Of a DNA stretch of 48,114 bases, positions 29,591 through 38,038 are shown piece after piece. Each line of letters begins with the position of its first letter. Within the stretch, counting starts at the first letter, position 1. The notes below the pieces were generated by a model, which did not search any database, had not been told where the DNA came from, and was given only the letters and a program-made list of their open reading frames with translations. A program made the position numbers and the translations under genes. Location of the stretch: the sequence record SRR20825006_1239; one strand, 5' to 3'.

Positions 29591-31180
29591 ATGGGAAAGA
29601 AGCTCAGCCGCCGTAGCTTGCAGGACGACGCCTTTGATGCCGAGGATTCGGTGAATCGCCGATCGCGCACAATGGGTCAAGAGTTCTCGGATTCTATCTC
29701 CGAGGAAATTGAATCGGGTGCGGCGGGGGATGAAGACGTTGTTTCGCGTCGCGATGAGTTTCCAACCGACCCGACCGAAGATCCCGTGCGTATGTATTTG
29801 ATGCAAATGGGACAAATCCCTTTGCTGACACGGGATCAAGAAGTGGCTGCTGCCCAGCAGATCGAAGCCACTCGCGAACGCTATCGTCATTGCATGATGG
29901 CGACGGACTTCATGTTGCAGGCGGCTTTGAAGTTGCTGCAACAAGTCCGCGACAAGCAATTGCGATTGGACCGCACGATCGAAGTCAGCGTGACCAACGC
30001 GGCTGAGAAAAAGGCGATCATGAAACGGATCGTTCCCAACACTCGGACACTTGATTACCTGCTGCGTCAAAATCGTGGCGACTACATGGTTGCGATCAAC
30101 TCGTCGTTGCCGATGCGTCGTCGACGTGCTGCTTGGCGAAACCTGGTGATCCGCCGGAACAAAGCGGTTCGTTTGGTGGAAGAAATGAACCTGCGAACGA
30201 ACAAGCTGCAGCCCATCTTCGAAAAGCTGCGTCGCAGTTGCGAACGCATGCAAGAAATCAAAGCCATCCTGGCTGACGCTCACCGTTCGACCATGCCCGG
30301 TATGCCATCAGGTGATGAGCTGCGTTCCGAGCTTCGCAGTCTGATGCGATTGACCTACGAAACACCTCGCACGTTGTCTCGCCGAGTCGACCGTTGCGAT
30401 ACCTATCGCGATGACTACGACGCGGCCAAACGTGTTCTGTCCGCCGGGAACCTGCGATTGGTCGTTTCGATTGCCAAGAAGTATCGCAACCGCGGATTAT
30501 CATTCTTGGATTTGATTCAGGAAGGCAACACCGGATTGATGCGAGCGGTTGATAAATTTGAACACGCTCGTGGCTACAAATTCAGCACCTATGCAACATG
30601 GTGGATTCGTCAGGCGATCACGCGAGCGATTGCGGATCAAAGTCGTACGATCCGTGTTCCCGTTCACATGATCGACACGATGAACAAAATCCGCCAGATC
30701 ACTCGTGATTTGGTGCAAGAACACGGCCGCGAACCAACCGCCGAAGAAGTCTCCAAGCGAAGTGGTTTGTCTTTGGATGACACTCGTGTGATCCTGAAGA
30801 TGAGCCGTCAACCATTGTCGCTGGATCAACCGGTGGGAGATCACGACGACAGTGTCTTTGGCGAATTCCTACAAGATCACCGGGACGACGATCCATTGGT
30901 CGAAACCAACCGAGAGGCTCTCAAGCATCAGATCGACTTGGCGATGGAAACGCTGAATTATCGCGAGCGGGAAATCCTTCGCTTGCGATACGGTTTGGCT
31001 GACGGATACACGTACACGTTGGAAGAGGTTGGCCGAATCTTCCAGGTCACTCGTGAACGTGTTCGCCAGATCGAAAGCAAAGCTGTTCGAAAACTTCAGC
31101 AGCCTTACCGGGCCAAGTCGCTGGTGAGCTTCCTCGATGGAGCCGAAGTATCGTTGTTCGAAGGCAGCGAAGCGATCTAA
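29591..31180 (+). CDS. RpoD-type sigma-70 family RNA polymerase sigma factor
   Basis: [15 protein letters not shown] (region 1.2), [54 protein letters not shown]...[16 protein letters not shown] upstream of ATG 29591. Confidence 0.95.
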   Translation: MGKKLSRRSLQDDAFDAEDSVNRRSRTMGQEFSDSISEEIESGAAGDEDVVSRRDEFPTDPTEDPVRMYLMQMGQIPLLTRDQEVAAAQQIEATRERYRHCMMATDFMLQAALKLLQQVRDKQLRLDRTIEVSVTNAAEKKAIMKRIVPNTRTLDYLLRQNRGDYMVAINSSLPMRRRRAAWRNLVIRRNKAVRLVEEMNLRTNKLQPIFEKLRRSCERMQEIKAILADAHRSTMPGMPSGDELRSELRSLMRLTYETPRTLSRRVDRCDTYRDDYDAAKRVLSAGNLRLVVSIAKKYRNRGLSFLDLIQEGNTGLMRAVDKFEHARGYKFSTYATWWIRQAITRAIADQSRTIRVPVHMIDTMNKIRQITRDLVQEHGREPTAEEVSKRSGLSLDDTRVILKMSRQPLSLDQPVGDHDDSVFGEFLQDHRDDDPLVETNREALKHQIDLAMETLNYREREILRLRYGLADGYTYTLEEVGRIFQVTRERVRQIESKAVRKLQQPYRAKSLVSFLDGAEVSLFEGSEAI

Positions 31181-31235
31181 GGATCGTCGTTGCATGATTC
31201 GCTCGGTTTCGACCGAGCGAGCAACGTTCGCCAAT

Positions 31236-32450
31236 TCAAAACAGCTTGATCGAGTCACCGCAATGTGCGGTGGCTTGATACGCCAACACCGAGTTGAGCA
31301 GCTCGATTGCCATGCGTGATTCCAACGTCACACCGGCCCGCACGCCGACGCATGGATCATGCCGGCCTTTCGCCAACTCAAATTCGATTTCGTCCAAGCG
31401 TTTGTTGACGGAGTTTTGCGGCAAGTTGATGGTCGAGGTGGGTTTGAACCCAACTCTCGCAACCAACGGGCTGCCCGTTGTGATGCCGCCGAGCAACCCG
31501 CCGTGCGTGTTGGACTGGTAGCCGCTGCTGCGAATCGGGTCGTTGTTTTCACTTCCGGTTCTTGGGATGACATCAACGCCCGATCCGATCTCGCACGATT
31601 GAACCGCGTTGAGCCCACCGAGAGCTCCCATCAGCCGAACCTTCAGGCTTTGGTAGAGCGGTTGGCCGAGCAGTGGCGGAACTCCAACGGCAACCACTTC
31701 GACAGCCGCACCAAGAGAATCGCCTCGTTTGCGAGTTTCTTTGATCAGTTCGCCCGCTTCATTTGCAAAGTCGTGATCGATTGATGCGATCTCGGCTTCA
31801 CCAAGCGAGCTTTCGATTTCGTCAATGTTGTCGATCGTCAGCGTGTCGGCCAAGCTCTGTTTGGATTTCAACGATCCAACTTGGCAAATCGACGAGACAA
31901 ACCGGGTTCCAAAACACTCTCGCAGAATGATTCGAGCAACGCTGCCACCAATCACATCGGTGATTGTCGAGCGATAGCTCGATCGCCCGCCGCCACGAAC
32001 GTCGACGAAGCCTTTGGACTGATGGAACTTCACTAAGTCGGTGTGCCCGGGCCGGACTTCGCCGGTCGGGCCGCTGAACTGGGTGTAGTCACCCGACTTT
32101 TTGCTAGTCGACAAAACGATCGCGGCGATGGGTTCACCGGTCGTGAATCCATCTTCGTATCCTTCCGTTTCGAAGGACTGATCGTCGACATCGACCGTCA
32201 GTTTCGATCCGGTCAGCAACGCATCCGTATCGTCTCGGTACAGGCCGGCTAGAAAGACAACCTTGTCCTTCTCGTTTCGCGGCGTGCCATGTTTGTTGCC
32301 GCCGGGGCGGCGTCGATCCAGGAACGGTTGCACATCGCAGCGACGAATCCGGAATCCCGGAGGGGATCCATGAATGATCGTTGTGACCGCGGGACCGTGA
32401 CTTTCGCCGGCGCCCGCGACTGCGAAATGGGGACCGCCTAGGATTTCCAT
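31236..32450 (-). CDS. aroC: Chorismate synthase
   Basis: GESHGP, RRRPG, RPGH-D, RGGGRSS, N--GGLLGGIT-G, FKPTS, GRHDPCV. Confidence 0.93.
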   Translation of the reverse strand: MEILGGPHFAVAGAGESHGPAVTTIIHGSPPGFRIRRCDVQPFLDRRRPGGNKHGTPRNEKDKVVFLAGLYRDDTDALLTGSKLTVDVDDQSFETEGYEDGFTTGEPIAAIVLSTSKKSGDYTQFSGPTGEVRPGHTDLVKFHQSKGFVDVRGGGRSSYRSTITDVIGGSVARIILRECFGTRFVSSICQVGSLKSKQSLADTLTIDNIDEIESSLGEAEIASIDHDFANEAGELIKETRKRGDSLGAAVEVVAVGVPPLLGQPLYQSLKVRLMGALGGLNAVQSCEIGSGVDVIPRTGSENNDPIRSSGYQSNTHGGLLGGITTGSPLVARVGFKPTSTINLPQNSVNKRLDEIEFELAKGRHDPCVGVRAGVTLESRMAIELLNSVLAYQATAHCGDSIKLF

Positions 32451-33712
32451 TGGAAACCGGCTCCGCTCAACCGGGCAGCCGTTTCGGCCATCAAAGCGTC
32501 TTCGGCGGCTTCATCTTCGGCGATGTAAGTCACGCTGAAACGAAGGAACGAACCGGCATCGTCCCATGGCACCGTGACGATTCCGTTTTCTTCAATCAAG
32601 AATCGGGTCGCATCTTCAGCAGCGGCGAAGGTTTCGCCACTGGCCGTTCCCGTGGGCGATTTGGTGTAAAGGAAGTAGGTTCCGCCTGGCATTTCGGCTT
32701 CGAAACCGCAGTCACGCAGTACCTTGACCAACTTTTCCATTCGTCGGCGGTATTTGGTGCGAATACGCTCTGGAATCGAGTCGTCATCAAGCGCCGCCGC
32801 AGCGGCCTTTTGGGTGGCAATGAACTGACCGCTGTCGCTGTTGTCTTTGACATCCGAGAACGCTTTGACAACCAATGGGTGACCGGCGACGAATCCCATT
32901 CGCCATCCGATCATGTCGTAACCCTTGCTCATCGAGTGAACTTCGACACCGACATCGAGTGCCCCGGGAACTTCCAGGAAACTGGTGGGTTTGCCGTCGA
33001 AGGTCAGCATGATGTGGGCGGCATCGTTGACGACCACAAACTCCTTTTCTTTCGCCAACGTGATCACGTCTTCGAAGAAAGACTTCGGGGCGGTACCACC
33101 GGTGGGCGAGTTCGGGTAGTTGAGAATCATCAACTTCGTGCGACGAAACACGTCGTCAGGAATCGCGTCCAAGTCCGGCAAGAACTTGTTTTCGGCCAGC
33201 AATGGCAATCGGTACACGTCGCCACCGTAATAACGAGTGTGTGTGCCCGCGACTGGATAACCGGGCACGGTCATCATGGTGATGTCGCCTGGATTGATGA
33301 AACAGGCGGGCAACATCGCGTAGGCGGGTTTGCTGCCGATGCAGTGGTTGATTTGTGTTTCAGGATCCAACTTCACGCCGAATTGACGCTGCATGAAGCG
33401 TGCGGCGGCTTCCTTGTACTCAGCGACACCGTTGTCGGCATATCCGCGATTCTCGACCTGGTTGATTTCCCGGCCCATCACTTCGCGAATCGAGGCGTCT
33501 GCCATCGAGTCGTTTTCACCGATTCCGAAATCGAGCAATTGTCGTTCAGGATGATCCGCGAGGGCTTTGCGTTTGGCTCGCTTGATCTTTTCGAACTTGT
33601 AAATCTCGGTGCTTTTGCCGTAGTTCACCCCGCCAATTCGTTCGGCAAACAGCGATTGAATGTACGGGTCGGAGTTCTGAGTGGTTTCGGAAGCTGCGGC
33701 AGCGGAGGACAT
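32438..33712 (-). CDS. dapL: LL-diaminopimelate aminotransferase (class I/II PLP enzyme)
   Basis: YKFEKIKRAK, DFGIGE, IGSK, PGYPV, LNYPNSPTG, DAAH, HSMSKGYDMIGWRMGF, VKDNSDSGQF. Substrate specificity is inferred from resemblance to DapL2-type proteins. Confidence 0.8.
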   Translation of the reverse strand: MSSAAAASETTQNSDPYIQSLFAERIGGVNYGKSTEIYKFEKIKRAKRKALADHPERQLLDFGIGENDSMADASIREVMGREINQVENRGYADNGVAEYKEAAARFMQRQFGVKLDPETQINHCIGSKPAYAMLPACFINPGDITMMTVPGYPVAGTHTRYYGGDVYRLPLLAENKFLPDLDAIPDDVFRRTKLMILNYPNSPTGGTAPKSFFEDVITLAKEKEFVVVNDAAHIMLTFDGKPTSFLEVPGALDVGVEVHSMSKGYDMIGWRMGFVAGHPLVVKAFSDVKDNSDSGQFIATQKAAAAALDDDSIPERIRTKYRRRMEKLVKVLRDCGFEAEMPGGTYFLYTKSPTGTASGETFAAAEDATRFLIEENGIVTVPWDDAGSFLRFSVTYIAEDEAAEDALMAETAARLSGAGFQWKS

Positions 33713-33998
33713 TTGCGACCCATCGAGATCGTTCGGGAAATGAAATGAGCGAGCCAAATGTTTTAGCCGCGAATGACGCTTTCGTCGAGGTCGCGAGATC
33801 CTCACCTTGGACCTTTCAATCGCTCCGCATGTGCCATCTGCCTGCCCACGCCGCGGATGAGTGAATCGGGAGGATCGCCCATGAAATCGCCCCGTCGGCA
33901 ATCGGCAGCGACCCGTTTCAGCGATACAATTGACGGTTGCTGAGCCCTCCGGAGAGATGGGGCCGAACCGTCGCCCGCCCTTTGTCCCGCGTTCATCC

Positions 33999-34844
33999 AT
34001 GTCCGAGCCCATTTTTTCTAGTCAAGACAATCCCCGTCAGGACAACGCGTATCCCCCGAACGAATCGGGTGACGAGGTGAATGTTGGACGGTCGGCGGCC
34101 TCCCGTAGCAAGCGGTCTCGCGACGAAGCACGTCATGAGGCGGAGATGCGTGAGGCTCGCGGGCAGTACGAAGAATTGGCTGAACTTGCCGGTTCGCTGG
34201 CTCACGAGATCAAGAATCCGCTCTCGATCATTCACATGAACATCGATTTGTTAAGCGAAGATCTGATGGAGATCGATTCTCCGTCGAGTCGTCGCTGTCA
34301 AAATCGAGTCGACATGGTTCGAAATCAATGCGAACGCATGGAAGGGTTGCTGCGAGACTTTCTGCGATTTGCCCGTTTGCGCCACATCGACCTGGTTCCC
34401 GGCAGTCTGAATGATCAGATTCAGCAAGTCCTCGATGCCTATCAGGCTCAGGCTGATTCTCAAGACGTGGAACTACAACGCTATCTGGATCCCGACCTGC
34501 CATCGATACGTTTGCACAGTGACGCATTGCAATCGGCACTGATGAATCTGGTGAAGAACGCTTTGGAAGCGATGCCCGATGGCGGACAACTTTGGGCACG
34601 AACCTACAGCACCCGCGGCGGCGTGAATTTGGATTTGATCGATACCGGAACCGGCGTCGACGACAACACGGTGCTGCACATGTTCGAGCCTTTTTACAGC
34701 ACAAAAGACGGCGGCTCTGGGCTAGGTCTGCCAACCGCGCGGAAAATCATTGAAGCTCACGGGGCGCGCATTTCCGTGCAGAGCGAAACTGGTCGCGGGA
34801 CGAAGTTCAGTTTGCAATTTCCGGTGCCCGCCCGTTTAGGATGA
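33999..34844 (+). CDS. Cytoplasmic sensor histidine kinase (HisKA + HATPase_c)
   Basis: LAHEIKNPL H-box, NLVKNALEA N-box, DTGTG G1, FEPFYSTK F-box, GSGLGL G2; no transmembrane segment. Confidence 0.92.
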   Translation: MSEPIFSSQDNPRQDNAYPPNESGDEVNVGRSAASRSKRSRDEARHEAEMREARGQYEELAELAGSLAHEIKNPLSIIHMNIDLLSEDLMEIDSPSSRRCQNRVDMVRNQCERMEGLLRDFLRFARLRHIDLVPGSLNDQIQQVLDAYQAQADSQDVELQRYLDPDLPSIRLHSDALQSALMNLVKNALEAMPDGGQLWARTYSTRGGVNLDLIDTGTGVDDNTVLHMFEPFYSTKDGGSGLGLPTARKIIEAHGARISVQSETGRGTKFSLQFPVPARLG

Positions 34845-35010
34845 TTCAACGCAGGGACTGGTTAATGGCGGGGAATGAGCGAAAACGACCATCTCGCACC
34901 GGATCATTTGTTGGTGATCGCACGGCTCGATTTCGCGAAAAGACGTGCGGGAAAAACTCACCAACACCGCCTCTTAACCAACGATTCCGCCTTTTTTAAA
35001 GAGATTCCCT

Positions 35011-36111
35011 ATGTCGATTCGAGTTGGCCTGATCTTGTTCGCCGGGGTATTGGGGGCGTTGTCAGTATCATTGGTGTCGCAACCAGCGGGCGCCGCAGAG
35101 CCTTCTGGTACGCCCGCTTCGCCGTACGTGTTGCAAATGGTTCGTGACGATTCCGTTCACGCCGAGTTGCAACTGTCAACGGAACAAATTGATCAGGTGT
35201 ACAACGCCATTGGCGAAGTTGATCCTCGATGGTGGGTCAATCGGATCGCTCCTTTGGATAAACAAGCCAACGAGATCCGTGAGCTGACGGCGATGCTGAA
35301 AGCCCGGCTCTCCGGCATCTTGTCTGACGATCAGATGAATCGTTTGAAGCAACTCGAGAAACAGGCCGCGGGAACTCGGTTCGTGGTACATCCGGATGCG
35401 GTTACGGCACTGGGGCTGAACGATAGCCAAGTCGAAAAGTTGAAGGCGACCTTCGCCACAACAGACAAAGAAGTCGCGAAACTGCAGAAGCAGGTTGCGG
35501 ACAAAGAACTGGAAGCCAGCGAAGCGGCCGCAGACGTTGCTGCAATCCAGGCACGTGAACGCCAAAGTTTAGTCAGCGAATTGACTCGGGATCAGCAGGC
35601 CAAGATTGGAACGTTGTTAGGCAAGACGTTTGATTTCTCCAAGGTGAAGCGAACCTACCCGAGAGCACCGGAGTTTGTGCTCGACGGTGCCGAGTGGATT
35701 CAAGGAGAACCCGTGACGATGGAAGATCTGCGGGGCAAGGTCGTCGCGGTGTACTTCTATGCATTTCAGTGCATTAACTGCCAACGGAACTTCCCTCACT
35801 ACCAGGCTTGGCATGACGATATGGCCGACAAGGGATTGGTGGTGATCGGAATTCAACGCCCCGAAACGTCCGCCGAGCGTAATCGGGAACGCGTGTTGGA
35901 AGCCGTCAAAAAAGACGGTTTCGAATACCCCGTGTTATTCGATGAAGAATCGGGCAACTGGAACGCCTGGGGGAACACCATGTGGCCAACGACCTACTTG
36001 ATTGACAAGGATGGGTTCATTCGCAGATGGTGGCAGGGTGAAATGAATTGGCAAGGCACGCCGGGCGAGCAGCAAATGCGAGAGAGCATCGAGCAATTGC
36101 TTGCCGAGTAA
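35011..36111 (+). CDS. Exported redoxin/TlpA-like thiol-disulfide oxidoreductase with N-terminal helical repeats
   Basis: Signal peptide; APEF...LRGKVV-V-FYAFQCINC; VIGIQRPE; WPTTYLIDKDG. Confidence 0.88.
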   Translation: MSIRVGLILFAGVLGALSVSLVSQPAGAAEPSGTPASPYVLQMVRDDSVHAELQLSTEQIDQVYNAIGEVDPRWWVNRIAPLDKQANEIRELTAMLKARLSGILSDDQMNRLKQLEKQAAGTRFVVHPDAVTALGLNDSQVEKLKATFATTDKEVAKLQKQVADKELEASEAAADVAAIQARERQSLVSELTRDQQAKIGTLLGKTFDFSKVKRTYPRAPEFVLDGAEWIQGEPVTMEDLRGKVVAVYFYAFQCINCQRNFPHYQAWHDDMADKGLVVIGIQRPETSAERNRERVLEAVKKDGFEYPVLFDEESGNWNAWGNTMWPTTYLIDKDGFIRRWWQGEMNWQGTPGEQQMRESIEQLLAE

Positions 36112-36314
36112 GCCGCCGGGAATGACGTTGTGGGGGATTGTATTGACGGGCCATTGTGGCGAAGACAATCGCTGGTTGTCTCACTTTCAACGAAGGCCAG
36201 CCTGACAACGCCGCTTTGAATCCGCCATCTGGATGTCTGCGGACTGTGGAATCAGTCGGTCAGAGCGTATTGGCGCCCGGTATCCGTAGGCCAACGCCGA
36301 TCGGTTGATATGAT

Positions 36315-36345
36315 TGAACTGCCACACATCTGAACTGCCACGCAT
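36315..36345 (+). repeat. Short direct repeat upstream of thiL
   Basis: TGAACTGCCACACAT (36315-36329) and TGAACTGCCACGCAT (36331-36345), 14/15 identical, 16-nt period. Confidence 0.6.
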
Positions 36346-36414
36346 GACGGTGAATCTCATCCAAAGATGTGTGATCCATCTAATTTCCCCCTGAAATAGA
36401 AGCTGAAACTCAGA

Positions 36415-37365
36415 ATGGAACAGTCCTTCCTCGCTTACCTTCGCGGTCGAACTCGCCAATTGCCTCAGGTCGCGGTCGGCATTGGCGACGATGCGGCTGT
36501 GATCGATTGGCCGGGATCCGTCTCGTCCGACCAACCTCAGCTTCGTCAGGTCGCTTGCACGGATCAGATTCTCGACGGCGTCGATTTTCGATCGGAAGAA
36601 CAGTCGCTGTCCGACATCGGTTTCAAAGCCATGGCGATCAACCTCAGCGACATCGCGGCAATGGGGGCGACACCTTCCTCCGCCCTAGTGACCCTGGCGT
36701 TGCCCGCTGAGAACGCAACCGAGATTGCCGGCGAAGTCTACGAGGGCATCCTCGAAGCGGCACAAAAGTATCAAGTTGCGATCGCCGGCGGCGACTTATC
36801 GACTTATGACGGTCCGCTTTCAATCAGCATCACCATTCTCGGTTGGACAGAAAAACCATGGTTGCGAACGGGTGCCGAAGAAGGGGACGCTTTGTTCGTC
36901 ACGGGAGCTTTGGGCGGTAGTTTGTTGGGGCGACATCTTCGACCTGAACCACGCGTCGAGTTGGCTGCCAAGTTGAAACAAACGGTCAACGTGCATGCTG
37001 CAATCGATGTCAGCGACGGGTTCAGTTTGGATCTCGATCGGATGCTCGCCGCCAGTCGTATGGGGGCGGAGTTGGAACTCGAGACGCTGCCGATCTCAGA
37101 AGCCGCGCATCAGTTTGCGGAGAAAAGCGGTCGGACTCCGCTCGAGCATGCTTGGAGCGATGGGGAGGACTTTGAACTGATCTTTTGTGTCGCACCCGAA
37201 GAAGCGGCGATCATCGAATCGACCGACTGGGGTGTACCGGTGACGCGAGTTGGCAAAGTCGTCGGGCGAACAGGATTATGGAAACGAGTTGCGACCAGCA
37301 AGTTTGAAAGAGTGTTCCCGCAAGGTTTTGTGCATGGCGAAACCGATGTCGCCGCGGCCAATTGA
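36415..37365 (+). CDS. thiL: Thiamine-monophosphate kinase
   Basis: GIGDDAA, D-IL-GVDF, AINLSDIAAMGA-P, GGD, VTG-LGGS, AIDVSDG, DGEDFEL. Confidence 0.94.
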   Translation: MEQSFLAYLRGRTRQLPQVAVGIGDDAAVIDWPGSVSSDQPQLRQVACTDQILDGVDFRSEEQSLSDIGFKAMAINLSDIAAMGATPSSALVTLALPAENATEIAGEVYEGILEAAQKYQVAIAGGDLSTYDGPLSISITILGWTEKPWLRTGAEEGDALFVTGALGGSLLGRHLRPEPRVELAAKLKQTVNVHAAIDVSDGFSLDLDRMLAASRMGAELELETLPISEAAHQFAEKSGRTPLEHAWSDGEDFELIFCVAPEEAAIIESTDWGVPVTRVGKVVGRTGLWKRVATSKFERVFPQGFVHGETDVAAAN

Positions 37366-37384
37366 TTCAACGAGCGCAATTCAA

Positions 37385-37897
37385 ATGAATGATTCCAATT
37401 CGGACCTTGGGGAGCAATTCACGTTCGCAATGGGCGAGTTTGATGCGTCGTTTCCCAAGGGTTATCGCTACGCGAAGAATCACATGTGGGCGACGCCATC
37501 GCCGGACCAATCAGCCGCCACGGGCGATGCTCATTGCGTGTGGCGGTTTGGTTTGTCAGCGTACGCCGTGCGTTTGCTGCAGGACGTCTATTTTCTGGAT
37601 TGGATTGTCGAAGCCGGGACGCCACTGACTGCTCGCAAGACGATTGGATCAATCGAGAGCAAAAAGGCCGAGAGTGATCTGTTTTCTCCTATCGCCGGAC
37701 AACTGATCGCGATCAACGCGGATGCATTGGATGAGCCATCCGTGATCAACGCGTCGCCTTACGTCGACGGTTGGCTGATCGAAATTCGCGGCAGCACGTC
37801 TGAAGAAAATTTGTTGTCGTCGGACGCATACGCCGAGCATCTCAACGAGGCATGGGAGGTTGCTCAGCGAACCATCAAAGGCCAAGCCAACCACTGA
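37385..37897 (+). CDS. Glycine cleavage system H-like lipoyl carrier protein
   Basis: YAKNHMW, FGLSAYA-RLLQDV, IESKKAESDLFSPIAG-L-AIN, INASPY-DGWL. Confidence 0.85.
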   Translation: MNDSNSDLGEQFTFAMGEFDASFPKGYRYAKNHMWATPSPDQSAATGDAHCVWRFGLSAYAVRLLQDVYFLDWIVEAGTPLTARKTIGSIESKKAESDLFSPIAGQLIAINADALDEPSVINASPYVDGWLIEIRGSTSEENLLSSDAYAEHLNEAWEVAQRTIKGQANH

Positions 37898-37909
37898 GCC
37901 TCCAACCCC

Positions 37910-37933
37910 GTAGCTCGGTGGTCCCCCACCGAG
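37910..37933 (+). repeat. GTAG-type REP-like palindrome between convergent genes
   Basis: GTAG immediately followed by the perfect 8-bp stem CTCGGTGG-tccc-CCACCGAG; no U-tract. Confidence 0.55.
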
Positions 37934-38038
37934 TTAAGAAACACACCTGCTTCAAGTCCCCCCATCAACTCCGCGCGATGGTCATTGCCTTCGAGCGAAC
38001 GGAATCACAGGTGACGTTCACGTTGACGATGTCCGCGG

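Noticed and set aside
32450-33748. 432-aa ORF on the plus strand
   Set aside because: Antisense to dapL; explained by codon bias, with no protein signature.
36112-36414. Possible TPP riboswitch upstream of thiL
   Set aside because: No CTGAGA or ACCTGA...GCGTAGG core found.
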